Shown: in pieces, positions 24,536 to 33,123 of the stretch
Numbering within the stretch: the first letter of the stretch is position 1
Layout: every line of letters begins with the position of its first letter
NCBI GenBank assembly: GCA_038913435.1
Contig: JBCLEL010000001.1
Location: 1 to 35,397, forward strand
Length of the DNA stretch: 35,397 nt
Source: Chloroflexota bacterium
Lineage (GTDB): Bacteria; Chloroflexota; UBA6077; FW602-bin22; JBCLEL01
Direction: 5' to 3'
Notes under the pieces: model-generated
What the model was told of the DNA's origin: nothing
Databases searched by the model: none
What the model saw: only the letters and a program-made list of their open reading frames with translations
Program-made: the position numbers and the translations under genes

Positions 24536-25615
24536 ATGGCGACTTCCCGCCCTAAAGTGCTCATCGTCTGCAATCAGTACGTCCACGACAACGATCTGAC
24601 GCCTGCGGACCTCCAACGGCTCCGCAGCTTTGCGGACTGGGACTGGCTACAACTGAACGTGCCGTTCACCTCGTGGACTGAGGTTCCCAAGTCTCCCGAG
24701 GAAACCGCCCGGCTTCAAGCGACGTTGCCCAACTACGACGCGGCGGTGGTGTGTCACGGGTCCCCCACGATCACCGGTGACTTGATGGATACGGCGCCGC
24801 GCCTAAAGTTCATCGGTGAGCTGGAGGGCGACCGCTTTGTCGCCCGCATAGATGTGGAAGCAGCCTGGCAACGGGGGATCCGGGTGGTGGACACAACTAA
24901 TGGCTCGTCATACCCGGTCGCAGAGTGGGCACTTGCGCTGATCCTCATCTCCTTGCGCAACGCCGGCGAACAGTTTCGCCACGTGATCCAGCCCAAGGAG
25001 TACGTCCGGCCGTTCACTGACTTTGGCGTCATCCACGGCGAGTTGTGGGGCAAGAAGGTAGGGCTGATCGGCTGCGGCCACATTGGCCGGCGGCTGATTA
25101 CGTTCTTGCAGCCCTTCCAATGCGACATCCGCGTATACGATCCTTACATACCCAAGGAATTGCCAGATGCGCTGGGCTTCCTGTTAACGTCACTGGACTA
25201 CGTGATGGGCGAATCGGACGCTGTCGTCTGCCTGGCGCCGCTGACGCCGAAGACAGGCCGGATGATCGGCAAGCGCGAGTTGGATCTGCTGAGGCCAGGT
25301 TCGGTCTTTGTCAATGTCTCGCGAGGCGCAATCGTTGATTCCGATGCGTTGATCGAACGCCTCAAGGGCGGCGACATCGTAGCCGGTCTAGACGTCTTTG
25401 ATCCTGAGCCAATTCCAGCCGACAGCCCAATCAAAGATCTGCCGAACGTTTTTCTGACCCCTCACATCGCCGGCGTCACCGCTGCCTCCTATCCGCGATT
25501 CTTCAAGCTGATGGTCGACGAGCTTGACCGGTTCTTCCACGGGCACGAGACACTCTACGATCTGCTCCCACGGACGTTGGCCAACCGGCGAGGTGACCAG
25601 CCGACCAGGAGCTAG
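24536..25615 (+). CDS. D-isomer-specific 2-hydroxyacid dehydrogenase family protein
   Basis: GKKVGLIGCGHIGRRL (GxGxxG), VNVSRGAIVD, LDVFDPEP, TPHIAGVT. Confidence 0.88.
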   Translation: MATSRPKVLIVCNQYVHDNDLTPADLQRLRSFADWDWLQLNVPFTSWTEVPKSPEETARLQATLPNYDAAVVCHGSPTITGDLMDTAPRLKFIGELEGDRFVARIDVEAAWQRGIRVVDTTNGSSYPVAEWALALILISLRNAGEQFRHVIQPKEYVRPFTDFGVIHGELWGKKVGLIGCGHIGRRLITFLQPFQCDIRVYDPYIPKELPDALGFLLTSLDYVMGESDAVVCLAPLTPKTGRMIGKRELDLLRPGSVFVNVSRGAIVDSDALIERLKGGDIVAGLDVFDPEPIPADSPIKDLPNVFLTPHIAGVTAASYPRFFKLMVDELDRFFHGHETLYDLLPRTLANRRGDQPTRS

Positions 25616-25695
25616 CGGGTTTTGATGAAAGGTTGGTTGGAGGGGGCGGCTGGCTATCAACCGATGAAGCAATCCTTTGACAGGAGCATATCTCT

Positions 25696-26502
25696 ATGGA
25701 GAAGTTTCCCTTCGCGGTGATCGATGTCCAGGCGCACATCGGCCGATTCCCCGGCCACGTCCACTTCCGCTACTCAGCCGAAGAACTCGTTTCCTGCTTA
25801 GAACGCGAGGAGGTGTTATATGCGCTCACTTCCTCGGCGTCGGCGACGACGGTCGGTCAGGCTTATGGCAACCAGGAGATGTTCGATGCCGCCAAGCGGT
25901 TCCCCAACCGACTTGGCCCACTGATCTGGGTGAATCCAATTGACCCAGCCTGGCAGGCCGATGCCGAGCAATTCATCGAGCGGGGAGCGCTGGGTATTAA
26001 GCTGCACCCAAAGCTGGACACCTACGCTGTTGACTATGACTCGCTGGCGCCGGTCTTCGCTTTTGCCCGTCACCACAAGCTGCCAATCGTCACTCACGCC
26101 GAAACCGGAGATTTCTCGGCCGAGCTTTACGCGCCACTCGCCAGCGCATTCGACGAGGCGACTCTCATCCTCTATCACTTTAACGCTGGACGACCGATTG
26201 CCGGCATCCTACTGGCAAAGCGGCTGCCAAATGTGTACATCGAAACCTGCTTTGTCCCCCGCGAGGCGATCGAGATCGCGCTGGACGCTGTTGGCCCAGC
26301 GAAGATCCTTTTTGGGAGCGACGCCCCCATCTTTTTTGACGTCGGCCGGAAAGTCCCCGGTACCGGCGAACGGCCCCTGCGCACTTTTCACGACTGCACT
26401 CGCGACATCGAGGAGCTCGTCAAATCTCCGGCCGATAGGGACCTGATTCTCGCCGGCAACGCGCGCCGGATCTTCCGGCTGAAAGTAGGAGGGTCTCTAT
26501 AG
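25696..26502 (+). CDS. Amidohydrolase-2 (TIM-barrel metal-dependent hydrolase/lactonase-like) family protein
   Basis: IDVQAHIG, GIKLHP, PIVTHA and FGSDAP appear in the order typical of PF04909-type proteins. The first motif has Gln where the usual HxH has its first His. Confidence 0.7.
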   Translation: MEKFPFAVIDVQAHIGRFPGHVHFRYSAEELVSCLEREEVLYALTSSASATTVGQAYGNQEMFDAAKRFPNRLGPLIWVNPIDPAWQADAEQFIERGALGIKLHPKLDTYAVDYDSLAPVFAFARHHKLPIVTHAETGDFSAELYAPLASAFDEATLILYHFNAGRPIAGILLAKRLPNVYIETCFVPREAIEIALDAVGPAKILFGSDAPIFFDVGRKVPGTGERPLRTFHDCTRDIEELVKSPADRDLILAGNARRIFRLKVGGSL

Positions 26503-27941
26503 TGAACGTCCTGATTGTGATTGGCGATCAGGATACCTATCATGAAGACGCTGATGAGGTGGTATCTAGCCCGATCTGGCTGGCCGATATCCTCAGTGAT
26601 GAGGGGGTGACCGGCCTGTTCGTCATTCAGAGCCGTCGCGCCGAGATTCTCGCTGAGCAAGGACGGAGCGATGTGATCACCGCGCTGCGGCGCCACGAGA
26701 TTGGTCTGCACGGGCGCGATGTCCATCCGGTTCTCCCTGAGGTCGTCGAGGGGCTTGGCTGGAGCGAGGGGGTCGAGGCGCTGATGGCGGTCGAAGGAGC
26801 GGAACTCGAACTGCTTGGCCGCGTCTTCGAAGTGGCGCCGGTCTGCTTAAGCCAGCATCGCAGTTTCGCGGCGCCGCAAGTGTTTGCACTCGCCCGGCGG
26901 TTCGGGATACCGTATCTGTTCGGATATCCGAGCGCACCGCCGACCTATTCCCTAAGCTGGTATGCCGGCGCGCTGAATGTGCCGTGCAACTCGCCGGCGC
27001 CGGAGTTTCTCGGCTTTTTCCCAGGCGTTTTCGACGACGCGCTCCATGACGACGCTGCATTCGCCAATCTGTTAAACCGGCTGCGCAAGCACATCGACCG
27101 CTGTCACGAGGTCGGGCTTCCGCTCTTGGTCGTCTTCGTTTGCCACCCCGAGCGCCTGTGCTATGCCGGGCCGCTTGAGCTTTGGCAGTACGGTAATGGC
27201 CTCAACCACGGCCGGAGCGCTGTTCCGGCCGAGTGTGAGGCGCCTCGGTCGCGGGCCGAGATCACCCGCTCACTCGTAAACTTCCGCACACTGGTCCGCT
27301 ACCTTCGCGACGCAGCCGCTCTGGAGCCGATCACAGTCAGCGATATGATCCGGCGGTACGGAAGGCAGGCCCCGACTGTCTCGTGCGAGGTGGTCGCTGA
27401 CATGGCGAGAAAGGCATTGCATGAGCGTCAGATCCCGATTGGGGCCGGGGTAAGTGCGGCCGAGGGGCTGCTTGGCTTCGCCGACTCGCTCTGCCAGTTT
27501 GCCCAGAGTGGGCGGCTGCCGGAGTCGATTGTGCGCCGTGATGTACTGGGACCAATTGAGGCGCCGCCCCTCGCGCCGGAAGTGTCACGCCTGGAGGCAA
27601 ACTGGTTAATAACATTGGCCGGTGATCTTGTCGCCACAAGCATCGAGACTGGCCATCTGCCTGCTGCGCTGCAGGTTGATGGAGGGGCGGTCGGACTCGG
27701 CACGCTTTTCGGTGCATTCGCGGAAGCCTATCTCGCCACATTGCGCGGCAATCCATTGACAGGCGGCGATGTTCTCACGCTTGGCGTGTGGCCTCGCTAC
27801 CCACAGATCGCCTTCGCATTGGGCGAACGCCAGCGGCTTTGCGCCGAGGACCCGCTGGTGCGACCCGGCCTCGCGACTGACGCGCCGGCGCTACACACCA
27901 GGTTGCAAACCTGGACGCTCAAACCAGCCAGCAGGGCCTGA
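26502..27941 (+). CDS. Hypothetical protein; possible carbohydrate esterase/deacetylase-like N-terminal domain
   Basis: 479 aa. The GTG start overlaps the previous stop (TAGTG). RRHEIGLHGRDVHP resembles the HE-I-G-x-H motif of polysaccharide deacetylase-type folds. I recognise nothing in the rest. Confidence 0.3.
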   Translation: MNVLIVIGDQDTYHEDADEVVSSPIWLADILSDEGVTGLFVIQSRRAEILAEQGRSDVITALRRHEIGLHGRDVHPVLPEVVEGLGWSEGVEALMAVEGAELELLGRVFEVAPVCLSQHRSFAAPQVFALARRFGIPYLFGYPSAPPTYSLSWYAGALNVPCNSPAPEFLGFFPGVFDDALHDDAAFANLLNRLRKHIDRCHEVGLPLLVVFVCHPERLCYAGPLELWQYGNGLNHGRSAVPAECEAPRSRAEITRSLVNFRTLVRYLRDAAALEPITVSDMIRRYGRQAPTVSCEVVADMARKALHERQIPIGAGVSAAEGLLGFADSLCQFAQSGRLPESIVRRDVLGPIEAPPLAPEVSRLEANWLITLAGDLVATSIETGHLPAALQVDGGAVGLGTLFGAFAEAYLATLRGNPLTGGDVLTLGVWPRYPQIAFALGERQRLCAEDPLVRPGLATDAPALHTRLQTWTLKPASRA

Positions 27942-28000
27942 GCGTGGTACTCCTGCGATCCTTCTTCAATTAGCTGGAAACTGCCGAGGGGGTAACAACT

Positions 28001-28849
28001 ATGCGACTTTCGGGTAGTAACTATGGCATGCCAAACATCCCCATCGCGGAGGCTCTAGCGTTTCACGCTGAGGTGGGGTTCCGCGCGATCGAGATCTCCG
28101 TGTTGCCAAACTACACGACTGCATTGAGTAGGTTCGACGCGGCCGAGCGGAAGCGCGTCCGTGAGTTGTTGCGTGGCTATGGGCTCAAATGCAGCGGTAT
28201 CGCCAACTTCCAGACGTTGACCGACCCCGATCCGGCGGTCGCCGAGCCGATCCTGGCGAACCACCTGGAGGCAATAGACCTCGCTGTTGATCTGGCGTTG
28301 GGGGATAAACCGCCGGTCGTCGTTTTCTTCTCCGGCGGCAAGGTTGAGGACTGGCCGGCGGCGCGGGACCTGCTGGTCGAGCGGATCGCCGGACTGGCGG
28401 AATACGCGAGGGCACGTGGGGTGGTGATAGCGATGAAGGCTCACGCCCTCGGCTGCGTCAGCCGACCTCACCACTTAGTCTACTTATTCGAGCAGATCGG
28501 GTCCCCGGCGTTCCGCTTCTGCTTCGATATGAGTCACTACGAGGTCCAGGGACTTTCGATCGAGCAGGCAATGTACCCATTGCTTCCGCTGTCGGCGCAC
28601 TCGGAGGTGAAAGCGTCGGTCGGGCGTGCTCCGAACCAGGAGTACATGATCCCCGGCGAAGCGAATACCCAATCGAACTTCGTAGGCCAGTTTCGGGCGA
28701 TGGTCAAGCTAGGCTACCAGGGCTATATCGTGCCTGAAATGAGCGTCCACGTACAGCGAAGGCCGACCTACGAGCCGTATGCCGCGCTACGTTTGGCCTA
28801 CAACGCGCTGACAAGTGCGCTGCGAGAGGCCGGCGTCGCCGATCCCTAG
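28001..28849 (+). CDS. Sugar phosphate isomerase/epimerase (xylose-isomerase-like TIM barrel), second paralogue
   Basis: GFRAIEIS, IAMKAHA, FCFDMSHY and GYIVPEM show TIM-barrel AP_endonuc_2-like spacing. Confidence 0.72.
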   Translation: MRLSGSNYGMPNIPIAEALAFHAEVGFRAIEISVLPNYTTALSRFDAAERKRVRELLRGYGLKCSGIANFQTLTDPDPAVAEPILANHLEAIDLAVDLALGDKPPVVVFFSGGKVEDWPAARDLLVERIAGLAEYARARGVVIAMKAHALGCVSRPHHLVYLFEQIGSPAFRFCFDMSHYEVQGLSIEQAMYPLLPLSAHSEVKASVGRAPNQEYMIPGEANTQSNFVGQFRAMVKLGYQGYIVPEMSVHVQRRPTYEPYAALRLAYNALTSALREAGVADP

Positions 28850-28920
28850 TGGTACCTCAGACGAGGTCTTAGGCTGCACTGGGCGGCACTCTACAGCGGA
28901 GTGCAGAAGCATTGAGCTTT

Positions 28921-28979
28921 GTAGCGCAGGGGCTTGTCCCCTGCAGGGGGGACGGGCGGGGCACAAGGCCCCGCGCTAC
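28921..28979. repeat. Double-hairpin extragenic palindrome, copy 2
   Basis: GTAGCGCAGGGGCTTGTCCCCTGC...GGCGGGGCACAAGGCCCCGCGCTAC. Both arms are identical to 12033-12056 and 12071-12095. Confidence 0.9.
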
Positions 28980-29390
28980 TGTCAATATTGCAACGAGCAA
29001 TAAGGTTGAGCAATGCAGTTCAATTATTATGCTCAACGCTGTATGTTAATGCAATTGGTATAAGATTGTGTATGAAAAGCTACACACGTGAGTTGGAGCC
29101 ACCACTCGGGTCCAGGATTTGGCCATCCGAGTCCTGGCTTTAGCGGTGACGCGAACTCCGGCAGTGGGCGTCCTCGCCCGCCTATTGGTCATCCTTGCAG
29201 GCGGGACGCCTGCGCTCCCAGGCCCCACTTCTCAGACACGCTCTAAGGGACGCTCGTTGACGAGACGACTGTGCAATCAATATAATCGGCCCACGATCGT
29301 CGCGGAATTTGTTACTGCTACATCATTTTAGCCATAATGATGCCGGTACATCTACCTGCAAGGTCTCGTATAGTTTAAGGAGAGCCAGCG

Positions 29391-29633
29391 GTGAAACTTG
29401 TCATAGCCATCATGAAGGAAGATGAGGCGAATTCTTTCGTTGACTCATTGATGGACCAAGAGTACCGGGCCACCCGCATCAACACCGCCGGCGGCTTCCT
29501 CAAACGAGGCAATTCGACCGTGTTGATCGGCGTTGAAGACCACCAGGTGGACGACGTGATGAACTTGGTGAAGTCCGCTATTGACTCAGCGACGGTCTTC
29601 GTGGTGAATGTCCTGCGCCATGAGCGGCTGTAA
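29391..29633 (+). CDS. darA: Cyclic-di-AMP receptor-like PII-like protein (DarA/PstA, DUF970), short form
   Basis: MKLVIAIMKEDEANSFVDSLMDQEYRATRINTAGGFLKRGNSTVLIGVEDHQVDDV matches the DarA/PstA N-terminal two-thirds. GTG start after AAGGAGAG. It is only 80 aa. Confidence 0.7.
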   Translation: MKLVIAIMKEDEANSFVDSLMDQEYRATRINTAGGFLKRGNSTVLIGVEDHQVDDVMNLVKSAIDSATVFVVNVLRHERL

Positions 29634-29638
29634 GCCTG

Positions 29639-30577
29639 TCAGGGTCGGGCTGGTTGCCCGTCAGGTACTGAACGTCCCTTCCCCCCAAATATCCTGTTGA
29701 AATCTCCCACCGACCAGGCCACCAGTACCTGGCTCGCATTGAAGATTGACGAATAGACGCCGCTGATTATCCCGACAATTAAAGCTATGGCGAACCACTT
29801 CGTTGTCTCGCCGCCAAACAGAATCAGCGCCAAGAGCGTAAATACCACTGTCATCGAAGTCGTCAGCGACCGTCCCAATGTCTGCAATAACGAGTGGTTC
29901 ACTACTGTTTCAAACCGTTCGGTCGGATAGCGCAGTAAGTTTTCGCGGACGCGGTCGAACACGACGATTGTATCGTGCACCGAGAAGCCGATCACGGTCA
30001 AGACAGCGGTTACGAACATGGCGTCTATGTCCACCTGGAAGATCCGCCCCAGGATCGAATAGATTCCGAGGGTAACGAGCACATCGTGCGCTAGCGCGAT
30101 CACCGCGCAGGTCCCGTAGCGGAACGCGCTCGGCACCTGTCGAAACGCCCACCACAGGTAGATCATAATGCCGATACAAGCAGCCAACACCGCCATAAGC
30201 GCGCGTTGGCCTATCTCGGTTCCGATCGCCGGCCCGACCGACTCGAACCGCAGCTCGGTAAACTGCCCGCCAACGCTGGTCAGGACCTCCGCCGCTCTCG
30301 CTTTGGCCGGCGAGTCAGGCGATAGCTCGCCGGTGCGGATCAGCACGGCGTTCTGACCGCTAGTCTGCACGACTGCCTGATAGCCGATCCCTTCCAGAGC
30401 TTGGCGGATGGCGGCCGGCTGGACCGGCTGGTTGAACTGCAACTCCCAAAGAGTGCCGCCGGTGAAATCAATGCCAAGCCGGAGCCCGCCCGGCGCGATC
30501 ATCGAGATTAACCCAGGCAGAATAACCAGCGCTGACAGTAAGAAGAACAGCCTCCGCCGGCCGACTATATCAATCAA
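29639..30577 (-). CDS. secF: Protein translocase subunit SecF
   Basis: IDIVGRRRLFFLLSALVILPGLISM...GIDFTGGT, six TM segments and VHDTIVVFDRVREN. TTG start. Confidence 0.92.
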   Translation of the reverse strand: MIDIVGRRRLFFLLSALVILPGLISMIAPGGLRLGIDFTGGTLWELQFNQPVQPAAIRQALEGIGYQAVVQTSGQNAVLIRTGELSPDSPAKARAAEVLTSVGGQFTELRFESVGPAIGTEIGQRALMAVLAACIGIMIYLWWAFRQVPSAFRYGTCAVIALAHDVLVTLGIYSILGRIFQVDIDAMFVTAVLTVIGFSVHDTIVVFDRVRENLLRYPTERFETVVNHSLLQTLGRSLTTSMTVVFTLLALILFGGETTKWFAIALIVGIISGVYSSIFNASQVLVAWSVGDFNRIFGGKGRSVPDGQPARP

Positions 30578-30720
30578 TCTGATACCTTCCTGAACTCAAG
30601 ATGCGACTGGCCGCTCACCATTCTTTTGCGGTGGTTACCAAGATGAACATATTACAAGAATTTGACGCGCGGTGGAGTCGGACCGCAACTTTCGCCCCAA
30701 GCGATAACGACAGAAAAGGT

Positions 30721-33036
30721 TCACTGACTTGCCGCTTTTTGCTCCGAGGCAAACAGGCGCTCAAACGCTCGCCGAGCTAATGGCGCGGCGGACTCGGAGC
30801 CAGTTCCGCTGCCCTCCACCATGACTACAACGACATATCGCGGATCGCGGGCCGGCGCATAGCCGGCGAACCAGGCGTGAGACTGGGGGTTCTGGTTTTC
30901 AGCCGAGCCGGTCTTGGCTGCCGTCTCGACTTTGAAGCCAGAAAAGGCGTAGTTGGCGGTGCCTTTTGGATCGCTGGCGACTTTAATCATCGCCTCGCGT
31001 ATGACCGCCAAAGTGGCGTCGCTGACCGCGAGGCGCCGGATCGTGGTCGCGATGAATGGTTGCGCCTGGCCGGTGTCCGGCTGAACCGTTCGCTTGATCA
31101 AAAGCGGCGTGCGTAGGTTGCCATTCATCGCCAGCGCCGAATAAGCGTTGGCAACTTGAAGCGGCGTTGCCAGGAAGTAACCCTGGCCGATGGCCAGGTT
31201 GACGGAGTCGCCGGAGTACCAGTCCTCGGAGACCTGGTCGCGTTTCCATTTGGCATCGGGCACCACCCCGGTGGCGTCAACGAGGCCGATGACGCCGGTC
31301 AAGGCGCCGAACCCGAAGTTCCTTGCCATTTCCGGCAAACTTTGCGCGTCCTTCTTGTCTAACTGAGCGCCAATCTCGTAGAAGACGATGTTGCAAGACT
31401 CCACCAGTCCCTGCCTTAAGTCGAGAACGCCGTGGCCTCCGGGCTTCCAGTCGCCCCAGACCTGTCCTTGTCCGACACCACCCCAGGAGCCTTTGCACTC
31501 AAACTTGGTATCGGGCTTGAACTCCCTACTTTCGAGTCCGGCTGCCATCGTCACAACCTTAAAGATCGAGCCAGTCGGATAGGTGGCGTTGAATGGCCGA
31601 GCCAGGAATGGGTGGCTCTCGTCGTTAGATAGTTTGTCCCATTCCTCCTGGGTAAAGCCGGTCACGAACTTGTTCGGGTCGAATCGCGGGTAGCTCACCA
31701 GGGCGAGGATCGAATTGTCACGCGGGTCCAGGACCGTAATGCTGCCGGGTTTTTGGCCGATGATCTCCTCGGCCGCTTTTTGGATCTCCAAGTCGAGCGT
31801 CAGCTCAACGTCGCGGCCGGCCACCGCGTCCCGTTCGGCGATGATCTTCACCACCTCACCCTTCGGCGTGACAACCGCCAGCTTGCCGCCGCGCCGGCCG
31901 GCCAAAATCTCCTCGGCCCAGGACTCAACTCCGGTCTGGCCAACAAAGTCGTCCTCGGTGTACCCCTTGGGTTTCAGGACCTTCAGTTGTTCGGCAGTGA
32001 TCCGGGTCACGTAGCCTACAACGTGGGCGGTGTGCTCTCCTTCGGGATACCAGCGGATTGGCCGCCGGCGGAGCGCCACGCCCGGCAGGGCCGCCAACTT
32101 TTGCTTGACCCCTTGCTCGTTCTGCCAGCGTGCCTCTCCCACCGGCACAAACCACTGTGGCTGAGCGTTGACGTAAGCCTTCTTGATCTCGGCCGGCGGA
32201 CGGTTGAGCATCTCACTCAATGTCTTGAGTAAAGCCGGCTCGTCTTTGATCTCGCCGGGCACAATGCCGATTACCACCATAAACGCCTGGGTAGCTAGCG
32301 GCTGGCCCTTGCGGTCGAGGATGCTGCCACGCCGTGGCTCCAGCGGAAACATTCGGATCAGGTTTACACCAGTGAGGTCCTTGAAGACCAGCGACGGCGT
32401 CCATTCCACCCGCCATTGGCCATTAGCCAGCGTCATGGGCAGCGAGTTTATCTCTACCAACTCGCCGACTAGCGAGGTATTGACCCTGCTCTCGAATGGC
32501 AGGACCACCGCGCTGCCGTCAGTGCTAGGGACGGTGTTGGCCGCGCTGGCCGCCAGCCTGGCGTCAACCTTGATAATGGTGGCTTCGTCGCTGATCGCCT
32601 GATAACGCTCGACGAACTGCTGCTTGGAGATTGACGACTGGGCGGACTTGGAAAGAAGGCTGTACATATCGGAGTAGCGGCCCTCATCCCAGGCCGCAAG
32701 GTACTGCTTGGCAACTTCGGAAGGGGGTAGCGGCGTAGGGGTTGGGACCGGCGGAACGGTTATCAGGGGGACTTGGGGGCGTCCCTGAGCGAGCGCATTC
32801 GTCGGCGACGGGGGCTGGGCGCCGGCTTTGCTTGGAGAAGGGCCGGTTTGGGGCGCGATGGGGCTGCCGGCGCCGGCCTCAGTCTTTGTTACCTGGGCGA
32901 TCAGCGGATTTGGCGGCAACCGCGAAGCCAGCAGATCAAATCCGCCAGTCCGCCAGAAGACAACCAGCGCCGCAATTACAACGATGAGGAGCCACCAACC
33001 GCTACGTTGACGCTTTTTACGCCGGTAACTGAACAA
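30721..33036 (-). CDS. Class B penicillin-binding protein (PBP2/FtsI-type transpeptidase) with Pro-rich spacer and NTF2-like (MecA_N-type) N-terminal domain
   Basis: SxxK (GSIFKV), SxN (ESCN), KTG (AKTGSA). AKQYLAAWDEGRYSDMYSLLSKSAQSSISKQQFVERYQAI resembles the MecA N-terminal NTF2-like domain. TM anchor WWLLIVVIAALVVF. Confidence 0.9.
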   Translation of the reverse strand: MFSYRRKKRQRSGWWLLIVVIAALVVFWRTGGFDLLASRLPPNPLIAQVTKTEAGAGSPIAPQTGPSPSKAGAQPPSPTNALAQGRPQVPLITVPPVPTPTPLPPSEVAKQYLAAWDEGRYSDMYSLLSKSAQSSISKQQFVERYQAISDEATIIKVDARLAASAANTVPSTDGSAVVLPFESRVNTSLVGELVEINSLPMTLANGQWRVEWTPSLVFKDLTGVNLIRMFPLEPRRGSILDRKGQPLATQAFMVVIGIVPGEIKDEPALLKTLSEMLNRPPAEIKKAYVNAQPQWFVPVGEARWQNEQGVKQKLAALPGVALRRRPIRWYPEGEHTAHVVGYVTRITAEQLKVLKPKGYTEDDFVGQTGVESWAEEILAGRRGGKLAVVTPKGEVVKIIAERDAVAGRDVELTLDLEIQKAAEEIIGQKPGSITVLDPRDNSILALVSYPRFDPNKFVTGFTQEEWDKLSNDESHPFLARPFNATYPTGSIFKVVTMAAGLESREFKPDTKFECKGSWGGVGQGQVWGDWKPGGHGVLDLRQGLVESCNIVFYEIGAQLDKKDAQSLPEMARNFGFGALTGVIGLVDATGVVPDAKWKRDQVSEDWYSGDSVNLAIGQGYFLATPLQVANAYSALAMNGNLRTPLLIKRTVQPDTGQAQPFIATTIRRLAVSDATLAVIREAMIKVASDPKGTANYAFSGFKVETAAKTGSAENQNPQSHAWFAGYAPARDPRYVVVVMVEGSGTGSESAAPLARRAFERLFASEQKAASQ

Positions 33037-33123
33037 TCAATGCTCCGCTTCCCTACCACCACTCCTAGAACCGGATCAAAAACGACGGCCGGTTGCCGCC
33101 GGCTGCCCATTATCGCTTGGGTC

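Noticed and set aside
28934-29331. ORFs 28934-29143 and 29119-29331 as genes in the long gap before darA.
   Set aside because: They run across palindromic repeats and AT-rich inverted repeats. They have no RBS, and their composition is dominated by repeat-encoded Gly/Ala/Arg/Pro stretches.
29100-29390. c-di-AMP (ydaO-type) riboswitch in front of the darA-like gene.
   Set aside because: Some stems are visible, but I could not find the conserved ydaO sequence blocks by eye. The idea came from context only. It needs an Infernal scan before any claim is made.
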